Shown piece after piece: positions 9,601-21,000 of a stretch of 64,000 nt of DNA. Origin of the DNA: Antedon mediterranea (lineage: Eukaryota > Animalia > Echinodermata); assembly GCF_964355755.1 (NCBI RefSeq), contig NC_092675.1, forward strand, positions 1,545,812 to 1,609,811, written 5' to 3'. Position numbers and translations under genes: made by a program. The first letter of the stretch is position 1, and every line of letters begins with the position of its first letter. Below the pieces are notes generated by a model, which was not told the origin of the DNA, did not search any database, and was given only the letters and a program-made list of their open reading frames with translations.

Positions 9601-11618
9601 TAAAGCCCCCTTCCCTACGTTTTTTAGATCTAATTTAAGATCACAAACTATATTTAATGTAAAAATAATACTATATGGTCTTATTGCGATAACTTTTTTC
9701 GTCTTTAAACGGTTAAAAATGTGAAAAATAAGTCGATTCTAATAATTATAGCGGCCCGCTATAAATCCCAAAATGCATTGCGCGCGGATTGATATTTTTG
9801 TTTTTCACCTGTAATTCGCCCACTTTTCGATCGATCGTGAGGTCAAAACAAATGGAAGACTCCTAACTTTTCAGCGAAAATACCAGGTTTCCCCCAATTT
9901 GTATCAATGGAGTCTGACAAAAATAGAAAGACAATTAATGCAGCAACTATACAACGTCAGGCTAGGTATATAGCTAGCGTACGATGTTCGTACGTTACCG
10001 ATGTTTACCAGCTAGGCCTACAAAACTCAGCCTAGCTAGGCTAGGCCTAAGACTGTCCACGAGAAGTCGATCGCCGCGAGCTACTTAGGTAGTGCATTGT
10101 TTCTCACTTTTTATCATAATTTACCATAAAACGTACATTTAAGACAAGGAATGACATGGTTTAATGTTTTTAAAGTAATATATATGTATTATTTTCCAAA
10201 AAACGTCAAAAATTGCAGGGAATGGGTCTTTAATGATTGTTAGTATTTGTGTCTTTCAGATATTCAGCAAAGATGAGAGTTTATACCTCTGAAGGGTTTA
10301 GTAGAGACTACAAATCATTATTTGATGGAGAATCTGATACTGCAAAAGAGGATGGACAAACAAGGTCAAAGGAAGGTTAGCTTTAAATGTGCTGACTTTA
10401 TTTTCCAGTAATGCAATTATTTTCATTTTCATCTTTCGAACTTGAACACATCATGGCTCTGGTGATTTAATGCTAAAATATCCTCACACCAAGTTCACTG
10501 ATTCTTGTCATTATTTATAATGTTTGAAATAAATTATACATTTGTTTTTTAGATGTAACTGAAGGGTACCAGTCTTCTCTTTATCCTTCCTTGGACAGTT
10601 TCATTTTATCAAAGGTGAACCGAGGTGGAATCAACGGCGAGATCCGTCGATGGTCATACTATGCCCAAGGTGGAATACTTGTGTACAACATTGCTAAAAA
10701 TCGCTGGTGTGAAAATGTGCGGAGACAACACAAAAGTAACAATATCATGTAAGTATTACTCGTGTGACAGCAAACAAAGATGTAATTTAATAGATGAGTT
10801 GAACATGTTCTTAACATGGCGGATCCAAGGGTAGCGCTAGGGATGCACAGTCCCCCCCCCCCCCCCCGGCTTTTCACAGCTAAAATGAAATGATAAACTA
10901 CTTGTTGATATCTGTTTGACAGACTATTAATATTATGTTAGCGATTCCCTGTTCCAGATCCGCTTCTGCCCAAAGTCCCCTAAATCATATCTCAACTTAC
11001 AATTAAAATACCTATGATACAGCATGTACTAGCAGTTGTTCTTTGAGTGTAAACCTGTTCAGTACATTTATTTTTATATACATGAATTTGTTCATAAAGC
11101 GTGGTTCCCACTAGCGATGCAACGGAGCGACGTATTGATGCAAAGTGCTGTATTGCGTAATCACAAGTGGGAACCAACGATGCAACAGTGCTGCAGACAT
11201 CGCAAGTTTGATTTCACGCAGGCGGGGGCAAACACGACTATTGGAAGGCCATTGTCTTATGTTGCGTCGCTAGTAGGAACCAAGCTTTAGCACCTTATTT
11301 GTAGATATATAACCAATCTACCAATTTTTCAGAATCATAGTGGACCTGAAAAAAGCCATATACTATCAAAAGTGTCTTGACCCAGAATGCCGTGTAGTTG
11401 ACTACAGATCACCTGATCAAGATATACCACTGAACGTCCTCCCAACATACGACGATTTAGATGATGATGAGCTTATCGAGGCCGTTAATAAATACGAAGC
11501 ATCTCAGATGGCGTTGCATGATGATGGCGGAATTCAAGACTTTTTAGCTGATGATGAAAACGATGACATTTTAGAAGCTGTGGATTGTCTGGAGAAATCA
11601 ATTGAAGAGGCAATTTAA
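3691..11618 (+). CDS. PRIMPOL: DNA-directed primase/polymerase PrimPol (AEP domain + UL52-like zinc finger), 10 coding exons
   Basis: Exons 3691-3764 (putative first exon, phase-compatible), 5090-5182, 5673-5751, 6173-6418, 7139-7286, 7665-7871, 9056-9224, 10260-10375, 10553-10748, 11333-11618. All GT-AG, with an open frame throughout. Motifs: FYEVIP..CKLYFDLE (DxE), KFSNHLIF (SxH), FIDEGVYTKNRNFRL, zinc finger RWCENVRRQHKSNNI...YQKCLDPEC, and an acidic C-terminal tail. Confidence 0.95.
4053..4853. mobile_element. Non-autonomous Ginger-like DNA transposon (801 bp) in PRIMPOL intron 1
   Basis: TIRs of about 65 bp, TGTTATGCGCGATTTGAACGATTTGCGCAATTTGAAATTGCGC... / ...CGCATAACA, flanked by a 4-bp TSD TAAC (4049-4052, 4854-4857). 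TGT...ACA ends with a 4-bp TSD fit Ginger. Confidence 0.7.
6392..6687 (+). repeat. 148-bp tandem duplication containing the PRIMPOL exon-4 end and its splice donor
   Basis: AAACAAATGGTGAACACTCTTATTCAG|GTTTGTATACC... occurs at 6392 and again at 6540. Confidence 0.9.
6995..7087. mobile_element. Probable terminus of a non-autonomous DNA transposon (possibly hAT-like) with repeated TGCGTGAG subterminal motifs
   Basis: Four TGCG(T/C)GAG motifs ending in GAGTTGACAGG. The other end was not identified. Confidence 0.35.
7920..8305 (+). mobile_element. 5'-truncated CR1/L2-group LINE 3' end
   Basis: Reads ..RKNAHGKRTFQYRATKEWNPLPTEIR.., typical of the CR1/L2 ORF2 C-terminus. It is followed by an AT-rich 3'UTR ending in AAATAAATAAA. 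Confidence 0.6.
8364..8990 (+). mobile_element. Helentron-associated non-autonomous element (HINE/DINE-1-like)
   Basis: 5' AACTAGAAAGCCACTCCGAGAGTG short hairpin, internal (AAAC)n microsatellite at 8920-8952, and 3' stem-loop TACCTCC-TTGGC-GGAGGTA (8970-8988). Confidence 0.6.
9244..9388. mobile_element. PIF/Harbinger-type MITE family B
   Basis: TIR AGCTTGGTTCCCACTAG...CTAGTTGGAACCAAGCT with TAA/TAA TSD. Confidence 0.8.
9495..9600. mobile_element. Harbinger-type MITE family A (deleted copy)
   Basis: Internal GTGCCCATATATGGACATGATGATGTCATATCACTACC and right TIR GTGTAGACAGAGCT followed by TAA. Confidence 0.75.
9604..10229. mobile_element. Non-autonomous Kolobok-like DNA transposon, 626 bp (copy 1)
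   Basis: TTAA TSD on both sides, termini AGCCCCCTTCCCT...AGGGAATGGGTCT (RR...YY). A near-identical inverted copy lies at 47638-48263. Confidence 0.75.
11098..11286. mobile_element. Harbinger-type MITE family B
   Basis: AGCGTGGTTCCCACTAG...CTAGTAGGAACCAAGCT with TWA flanks. Confidence 0.75.
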
Positions 11619-12060
11619 AGCTCTGTCTACACTCTAGTGATTGTGATCAAATATGGTAGTGATATGCCCAAAGATGGTAGTGATATGAAATCATCATGTC
11701 CATATATGGGCACATCACATTTTTTTGTTGAAATATATATTTATACTGGGTAACCTCTTCAGTCAATGGCTGGTCTCCCAGAGGGCCCAGTTGGTGATCA
11801 GTGGCTGTGATGTACTAATACACCGGGGTAACCCCCTACTCGTCTCGAAAGATGTACTAGGTTCTTTAAAGTGCACACGAGCTAGATGTGTACACTGGAC
11901 CTACGGTTTATAGTCCTTATCCGAGAAGACTCATTCTACCACCAGAACCATGGAGTGAGTGAGCCTCGAACCCCTGCCGATGTTATGGCTAGGTAATTAC
12001 GGTTCCACTGTCTTAACCGCTCGGCCACTCACTCGCTAAAGTTTGATAGTGTAGACAGCT
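11619..12060. mobile_element. Harbinger-type MITE family A inserted at the PRIMPOL stop codon, interrupted by a SINE
   Basis: TAA (stop) then AGCTCTGTCTACAC at 11619. Right end AAAGTTTGATAGTGTAGACAGCT at 12038-12060. Confidence 0.8.
11726..12037 (-). mobile_element. Full-length tRNA-derived SINE with a Deu/Nin-like central domain
   Basis: Minus strand: box A TGGCCGAGCGG, box B GGTTCGAGGC, then GGATAAGGACTATAAACCGTAGGTCC...TAAAGAACC...TTCGAGACGAGTAGGGGGTTACCCCGGTG, which resembles the Deu/Nin domain, then an AT-rich tail. A related fragment lies at about 21215-21298. Confidence 0.75.
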
Positions 12061-12795
12061 TCATACTTAAATTGTATACTAATTAATTATACTAAATATT
12101 ATTTTGATCTACAGTACTGTAGGACTCTATAAATCGTAGGTGAGGAATGTATGTTTTCACTTTAATTGTATAGTTGTAACTCAATTTTAAATTCTAGGTA
12201 ATATTAAAATAAGCCTACTATATACAAAATAATAAACCTAACTAAAAATACAAATTGTATAACTATTTTGAAAATGTAAATGCAACAACAATGTAAATAA
12301 TAATTTTTAATAATTGTTTTAATATTCCTTACTCTTTTACACATTTTTTTTCTATTCTGATGAGTGCAAATAAGGAGTGTCCAAAGGTCGGCACCCCCTC
12401 CTGCTAAATTTTACAAGTTACCCTTTTTTAGAGGTAATAAATAGGCCTAAAACAGTTTTTAAACTAAATTTAATAAATTAAATCAATCAATGTATGTGTT
12501 TGTCTGTTTTATATATTTATGTTTGTGGGGAATAGTTGATTACAATTACTTTTATAAAAATTATACTATTTTTTTAAGTGTACTAAATTTTCCATTCTCC
12601 ATTTTCAATACAATAAGTAAAATCTTGGAACAAGTCGATAGTTTTACAAGGCTAAAGATTTATAACATTAATGTAACATGGTGGTATATGCTCCTTCTAA
12701 TCAGTTATTTATACAATATTGACATTAAACAGTGACAAACTAGTTTATTTTTTTGTTTTTATTTTGTTACATATACGTAACCTAATAACATTTTT

Positions 12796-14546
12796 TTATA
12801 TATCTTGACAGTATTTATCAAGAACAAGTATCAGTTCCGCAGTTACACTATCAGCGACTGTTAATCCAGATTTTGTTGGTCTTAAATATCCATCTGTTAA
12901 TTCCACTAATTCACCGTCTTCTAAAATTCTAACCAGCTTATTGTCATAAAAAATGTCCCTCAACGAAACTCTGTTGGAATATTCCGACCATATTTTACTG
13001 GATATTCCAACTTTTGTTCTCATTCCCAACATTATTATTTCTTGTAATATTTCTTTGGTGCTTTGTTTGACTCTTCTTCGCGTTCCGTGGCCGTATTTGA
13101 TAACTTCCTTCATCCATGGCGACGGTTCCAGTGTCTGGATTCTTGCTTCTCTTGGCGGATATGTAAGATACCCATTTTTAAATGGAACCTTCTCATCAAT
13201 TTTCATCATTGAATGATTATCTGTCACCCTTTGCACTGATGTATCGGGATACATATGCTGGTTCAAGGGTACAAATCGTCCGTGTGCCCCTGGTCCAATT
13301 CCAATATACTGAGTGCCTGACCAATACGCTTGATTGTGTTGACTTTGAGCACCGGGTCTGGCAAAATTAGACACCTCATACCTGTCGTACCCAGCCTCGG
13401 CTAGCATACAAACAGCATCTTTGTACATTTCTGCGCTTACATCACTCTCTGGTACAGAAATTTCTCCCTTTTGATACCAATTAAACAGTTCTGTTCCACG
13501 TTCCAAAGTCAATTGATATAGTGAGATATGATCATCTGCATGTTTCAGAATCTCTTCCAGTTCTTTAACCCAAGATGAAGTGGTTTGTCCTGGTCTGGCA
13601 AACATTAAATCTATGGAAGTGCATCCTGGGAAGAGTGTCTTAGCTTGGTGCAAAACATTCATGGATTCCTTTACGGAATGATCCCGACCTAGAATGTTAA
13701 GGTCTCTTTGATCTAGTGCTTGTAAACCAATGGAGATGCGGTTGACACCTTGAAAACAAAAAACATGAATCGTAACAACATTATTACTACAGTATTAGTC
13801 ACACAGATTACTTTAGGGCTCAGGATACAGATTAGGCATAATAATAGTAAAGAATATGGTTCTATATTATCTTTAATCCATGGATTAGGAAAATACCTAA
13901 AATATCCAATTTAACATTTTTTTTTACAAATTTACTAATATGATTGTTTTAATCTTATTAAAAGAAACATTTGATGATCATGTTTCAATTTGTTGGATGT
14001 TTTTGTTGCTGCAGGAATATCATTGCTATTTCAAAGTGTATACTTACCAGCTGATTTAAATGAAACTAACTTCTCTCCTTCTAGCGCAGTAGGATTAGCC
14101 TCCATTGAGATTTCTGCATCTGAAGACATGTACACATGTTTAGTAACTTCATTTATAATTCTCTCAAACATATCTGGATCAGCAAGACTAGGTGTTCCAC
14201 CACCAAAAAATATAGAGTTTATCTTCTTGATTCCACTAATCGACAATAAAGTCTGTAATTCCTTTACAAGGCAATTTGTCATTTCTTTATTTTGCTCTTT
14301 ACTTTCGATATATTTATTAAAGTTGCAATATGTGCATCTGCGTTTACAAAACGGCCAGTGGACATACAGAACTGCGGCCTCTTGCACGAAGGAAGGGTAT
14401 TTTTCAGACACAACATCGGAATGCATGGAACTGAAATTACTACGGAAAATGGATAGCTCTGCCTTCATATAATTTGCACATACTTTTCTTATAATAATTG
14501 GCATCGACGACAACATTTTTAACGAAAACAAGCAATCAAATATCAT
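12796..14546 (-). CDS. RSAD1: Radical SAM domain-containing protein 1 (HemW/HemN-like heme chaperone), 2 coding exons
   Basis: Exons 14048-14546 and 12796-13748 joined by a phase-1 GT-AG intron (SA G|GT VNRISIGLQAL). Motifs: YVHWPFCKRRCTYCNF (CxxxCxxC), SIFFGGGTPSL, EANP, SIDLMFARPGQT, HISLYQLTLERGT, YEVSNFAR, YIGIGPGAHGR, REARIQTLEP. The exact start Met is uncertain because there are several in-frame ATGs. Confidence 0.93.
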
Positions 14547-15062
14547 CAGTTGATATCACCAACAGTTTCTTTGTTAACTATGAAAATAAAATTCATATCA
14601 AAGAATCACCATCCTCCCTGGTCTGATAATAAATTTGTTAAAAGCGCAATCAATATTTTATTATTAATAACACTTTAAATAGAATTGAATGTCAATTTGT
14701 ATACTGTTTCTGGGACCGGTTAACAGAGTCTTCATCAATTTGATATTCAATGCATGCATTTATTTTCTATATTTCTTGACGACTTGATTGAACTGAAATA
14801 GACTTTTCACAGTAATTGCTCCGATATTAGTTTATATTTAGACCAAAGAACCTTATTAAGACCTGGCAGCAATGTTTTTGTTTTGTAAAAATTAATCTGT
14901 AATGTGCACATGAACCAACGATATGCTTCATTAAACATGCTGCCCTTGACGCGCTGACCTTGACACGGAGAGTTCAAAGTTTACACACAAAAAAAAAACG
15001 ACGACCAAAAAATAGAGAAACGCCGTTTTTTACAACAAAACGTTGTTGTTAATTTTACGTAA
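14547..15062. promoter_or_regulatory. Bidirectional promoter region RSAD1/CDS
   Basis: Divergent genes with ATGs about 0.5 kb apart. CpG rises locally at 14900-15320. Confidence 0.5.
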
Positions 15063-18000
15063 ATGAGCAGTAGTCCCGCTATGAGTGAGCTGCGACACAG
15101 AGACGGTCAAGCTACGGATAAAACAAATGATGAGGTAAGATTTGCTAAAAATGATAAACTATTGCTAAAATCGCCAACCGTTGCTAGCCGCTGACTGAAG
15201 CCCATCATCGACGGATGGATCGGGGGGAATGGACAAGCAAACAGCAACGTTGCATTGTGTGGTGTTTTAAAAGGGAGGCGTGTCCGCCTGGCTAGGATTA
15301 ACAAACAAAAACGACCACCAACTATTATTGTCTATGGCTACTGTAGTTTATTTTCCTAGTTCATTTTGTTACTTGTATACGAATATAAACTAGGCCTGGG
15401 TATGTATATTTTGTTAATATTATTAAATGTAAATAATTTGTGTTTTTGTACTCTAGGCGCCCTAGTGTAGTATAGTATCCTAGCCTTAGTTAGTAGGCTT
15501 CTTTTGTGTAGTAGGCTAGCTGGCTAGACCTATTTTAATTTAATCCTAGGCCTTTTTTTAATGCATAAACTGTACACTGATTCATGTTTAACTGTGGAGA
15601 GCAAATCCTGGGAGTAAATGCTTTAATTTTGCTTGATAAAAATTAACCATTAATGTTTCAACTAGCAATCTTGCATTTCTTTATTTTTACCACCGTTTAA
15701 ATTACAGTTTTATAAATGTTTTCTTTTTAAATTAGCTCTCTGATCTTTCATCCTTTATTTCTTGGATCTTTTTAAACTTTACACTAATTTCCATTTCTAA
15801 TTTAAATTAAATATTTTATAGTTGTCTATATCATTTTCTGTTTTTTCATACATTACACTTACAACTTTACAATACACTTTAATTTACAACCAACAATATA
15901 TTTTAATTTAAAATATTTTGGCATATTATTGTATAATGTAATCAAAAGTAACGTACACCTAGTCATAGAGATATTATAATATCTCTATGACCTAGTCCAA
16001 GCATCCTTTTGTATAATTTTTAATAAATGGCCAGAAATCCTATTTCAAATCATCCTTTCCCATCTATAGTACTTTCGTAGTCCTTTTAATTGAGCACTGC
16101 ATGATTGAATGTGCACGTCCATGTCTTTTTGTGTTTCAGATCTAGAACTGTAGATATAGATCCCGAATTGCCATTGGGAGGGGTAGGTACCACCATTTTT
16201 ATCCCATTTTACTCTGTTTGAATCTTAATGGGACAGCACCAGTTCTTAATTGATTATTGTACATGAAACAGAGATCATTATGCCATAACATTTTTGCATG
16301 AATTCTCTACAAAGATCTTATATTACAATGTTAAAAAGAACTGTGCTCAAAAGTTCAGCGTGGGTCAGATTCAATTTTCCAGTCCATTTTTAAATTGGTT
16401 TTTTTATTTCCTCAATGTTTCAATATAAGAATAGGTGTTAAGTTAAATGTACCATACTTGTAGAGAAAGGTGTATGTTGATTATCTAGTGTAAAACATTA
16501 TAGATCTGAAATAAAACAGATGGTCTTCAAACCTCATGGAATTGTATTTAAACTGATGTAATTTTTTTTTCAGAAAGCAATTATAATAATTGTTAATTAT
16601 CATTTCTAAAGTATCTACTATCCACCATTGTGAAACTATTATCTATTATGTTTTCAGCCACCGACAAGCTCTGGATGTGTCCCTCCAGAGACGGTTGGGA
16701 TACCACAAATAAATGAACCGCCAATACCTGCTCAGAAAGATCATGTGCCTACAATCTTAAAACGACTTCCACAAAGGTAGGGGCTCTTCTTTAAATTTTT
16801 ATCATATTTATTTTTCAAAATAACATTTCGTAAACAATAAATTGTTCATTATAAAAGAAATACATTATTTAAATTAAAAGAGAAATGAATTATCAAAATG
16901 CGAACAAAAAATGAAATATTGGTCAGTACTGTATTATTATGTTATACAAATTATTCACTGACAATTAAGCCTTTTGCAATGTGATGTAATTTTCTTGTTG
17001 TTTTATTGTCTTAATTATGCCAAGCAAAAAGTATTTCCATTTTAAAATGGACCAATAAAATGTCTTGGATCTTGGCATAATAGTATTATATTATATTCTA
17101 GCTACAGTAGCTTCTAAACATGGAGGTAATATCTCCATGTTCTAACTATAACTAAACTAGTTAAAATAGAAATTCTTTTAAAATAATATGGCAGGCTGGT
17201 TACAGGTAAAGTCTCTAGTGGTTTCATGTTTAGATTGTTATAAATGGAATATCGAAATATAATCTCATGTTGTTGCAAACACAGAATTCTATTTTAATTT
17301 GAACATAGCATATCCATCATTATTAGAGTTAATTATCAATAAAGTGGCAATTAACAAATCATGTAAAATACTCACTTCCTCTGCAGGGATCATCTGATAA
17401 GCTTTTGCACGATCTCATTAATGATGTACAGCGACTGTCAATAATAGAAAATAAAGATAGAACTTAATGGTATTAGAATACAATCCAAATGACGTAATGG
17501 GATTGATAAAAAAAATAAAAGAACAAAAATAATAAAACAATTTAGTATATAAAAGAAAATAATGAATTCAAAATGTTATATTTATCTAATTTTCCAGCAG
17601 AAACTTACAATAATAGTAGAAATCCCTTAATTGGCAACCAGAGTCTAATTTGTAATTATAGTATAATTGTGTTTTTTTATCCATTGCAGTAAAGTAAAGT
17701 GTAAACATTTTTTAATCCACTAATTTCTATTCATAGTCTGTTAACATTTAATTTTAAATTTAATTCTTATGAATGTTTTGTGATTTTAGGAGACAAGACA
17801 TCTTTAATATTTATAACTTTTGAATGTTTAATGATCATACAGTATCAGATAATACATTTAAATGTCACCATTGTATTGTTTTTCATTACAATCATATTAT
17901 AATGCACAATTCTCAAAACGTGCTATTGATTATTATTTACACATATTTTTGTTTTTCTTTCCCATTGGTTCCCTTATTTTCAACATTTTCTTATCTTTAC

Positions 18001-21000
18001 TTAAATCTTCATTTGTGGTTCCTATTATAAAACGAAATTTGCAAATTTTTTATTTATTTTATTTTTTTTTAGATGGCAGAATTGGGTTATTCGTGGTTTC
18101 TTTTCCATGTTGCTTATCCTAGGCTTTGTTTTAATTATTTGGATGGGACCAGTAGCATTGACTATTCTGGTAAGTACGTTTCTGGGTACACTAACTAGTT
18201 GCTGACACAGGTAATTAGTACTGTAACTGACAACTAACTAGTTACCAACAACTAACTTGTTACCAACAACTAACTTGTTACCAGCAACTAACTAGTTACC
18301 AACAACTAACTTGTTACCAACAACTAACTAGTTACTAACAACTAACTTGTTACCAACAACTAACTAACTTGTTACCAACAACTAACTAGTTACCAACAAC
18401 TAACTTGTTACCAACAACTAACTTGTTACCAACAACTAACTAGTTACTAACAACTAACTAATTACCAAAAACTAACTAGTTACCAACAACTAACCATGGA
18501 GGTATAAAAATTTATACCTCCATGAACTAACTAGTTATCAACAACTAACTAGTTACCAACAACTAACTTGTTACCAACAACTAACTTGTTACCAACAACT
18601 AACTTGTTACCAACAACTAACTTGTTACCAACAACTAACTAGTTACCAACAACTAACTAGTTACCAACAACTAACTAGTTACCAACAACTAACTAGTTAC
18701 CAACAACTAACTTGTTACCAACAACTAACTAGTTACCAACAACTAACTTGTTACCAACAACTAACTAGTTACCAACAACTAACTAGTTACCAACAACTAA
18801 CTAGTTACCAACAACTAACTAGTTACCGACAACTAACTAGTTACCGACAACTAACTAGTTACCGACAACTAACTAGTTACCGACAATTAACTTGTTACCG
18901 ACAACTAACTAGTTACCGACAACTAACTAGTTACCGACAACTAACTAGTTACCGACAACTAACTAGTTACCAACAACTAACTAGTTACCAACAACTAACT
19001 AGTTACCGACAACTAACTAGTTACCGACAACTAACTAGTTACCGACAACTAACTAGTTACCGACAACTAACTAGTTACCGACAACTAACTAGTTACCGAC
19101 AACTAACTAGTTACCGACAACTAACTTGTTACCGACAATTAACTAGTTACCGACAATTAACTAGTTACCGACAACTAACTAGTTACCGACAACTAACTAG
19201 TTACCGACAACTAACTAGTTACCGACAACTAACTAGTTACCGACAACTAACTTGTTTCCGACAACTAACTTGTTACCGACAACTAACTAGTTACCGACAA
19301 CTAACTAGTTACCGACAACTAACTAGTTACCGACAACTAACTAGTTACCGACAACTAACTAGTTACCGACAACTAACTAGTTACCAACAACTAACTAGTT
19401 ACCAACAACTAACTAGTTACCAACAACTAACTAGTTACCAACAACTAACTTGTTACCAACAACTAACTTGTTACCAACAACTAACTTGTTACCAACAACT
19501 AACTAAAATATAATAGAACCCTACCAACTTCTGTAGTAGGATACCGCCAATATTTAAAGATAATGATTAAAAATTTAGTGAGAAAAGATAAAAGTTAATT
19601 ATATTTGCTTTTTGTAGGTGCTATTGATCGAGATGATGTGCTTTCATGAAATAATCAGTATCGGTTACGCTGTCTACCGATCAAAAGACTTGCCATGGTT
19701 CCGCTCACTCAGCTGGTATTTTCTTCTGTGTGCCAATTACTTTGTGTATGGACAGAGTTTAAAGGACTATTTTGGCATTGTTTTGCACAGGGACTTTGTA
19801 AGTCATTGCTAAATAATTACTTTTTTCTTCTCAATTTTTTATTTACCAATGATCAGATATTCAGAAAATTACAAGATGAATATTAATATATTTTGAATCC
19901 AAGATGTAGTAGCCTTTAGACCACTGTATTCAGGTCAGAATTACAACTTTTTCTAATATCTGCCATTTTATATAATTCCCAGTACCCAAGATATTGATTT
20001 AAATTACCTTTTGATCTTGAAAATCTCACCCCATACAGTAATATTTTGTTTTTCTTTTATTCATGTTCCAGTTTTTTCTCTTTTTTTTTTTCTTTAGGAA
20101 TTTCTCCAATTTCTTATAGACTATTATCGATTCATCTCTTTCATCTTGTATATATTTGGTAAGTTTACAGATAATGAATGTGTTCACAAATGATATAGTC
20201 CTACAACTATACCCTCACTGCATACTAAGTAGATCTCTTTCATATTTATATTCTACTTTTAGATGATATATATATTTTTTTTTTAGGTTTTATCTTCTTT
20301 GTCCTATCGCTTGTAAAGAATTATTATCTTGTGCAATTCACTCTGGTAAGTATAGCCTTTCATGACAGTTCATGTGATTATTGTTACATTTAGCATTGGT
20401 AAATAGACAAACAGATCTACATAAACAAACTTTATGTTAAATCCAAGTATTGCCAGCCAAATACGTAACTACAACTCCATATTAAAAACAAATTCATTTG
20501 CATCCAACAGCAAGCACAGACTCGCCAATTACAGGATGGATAAACTACCTTATAATTTGTCGTGCTTATAATATAATAAATATATAAGTCTTATTTGAGG
20601 CTTAAGGAGTTGAGTTGAAAGAGTCGTGAGTTACAACCCTTGGCATGATGCCAGGATTGAACCCCGAACCTTGGGATAGGAAGGCAAGCATGTTAACCAC
20701 CAAGCTACAGCTTCACTACATTGTAACATTGTTTTTATTCCTAGTTTGGCTGGACTCATATTGGACTCCTCATTGTTGTCTCACAATCCAATCTGCTTAC
20801 TCAAACCATGTTTGAAGGTCTCATATGGTTTATTATCTCAACATTATCTGTGATCTGTAATGACATCATGGCATATATGTTTGGTAAGCAAGTTGTATTC
20901 ATGAAAAGATAAAATACAGCATAAATAGATAGATAGATAAATACAGAATACAGAATCTTTACATTTTGAGATTCTCAACACCCTGTAACATGTTTTTGCA

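Noticed and set aside
11940-12037. tRNA-like sequences (also about 20650-20708 and 32020-32080)
   Set aside because: A and B boxes are present but there is no complete cloverleaf, and they continue into SINE bodies. Not tRNA genes.
12357-12410. CTGATGAGTGCAAATAAG resembling the 5' half of a canonical hammerhead
   Set aside because: The GAAA box and helix II partner are missing. It may be a decayed retrozyme remnant but cannot be supported from this window.
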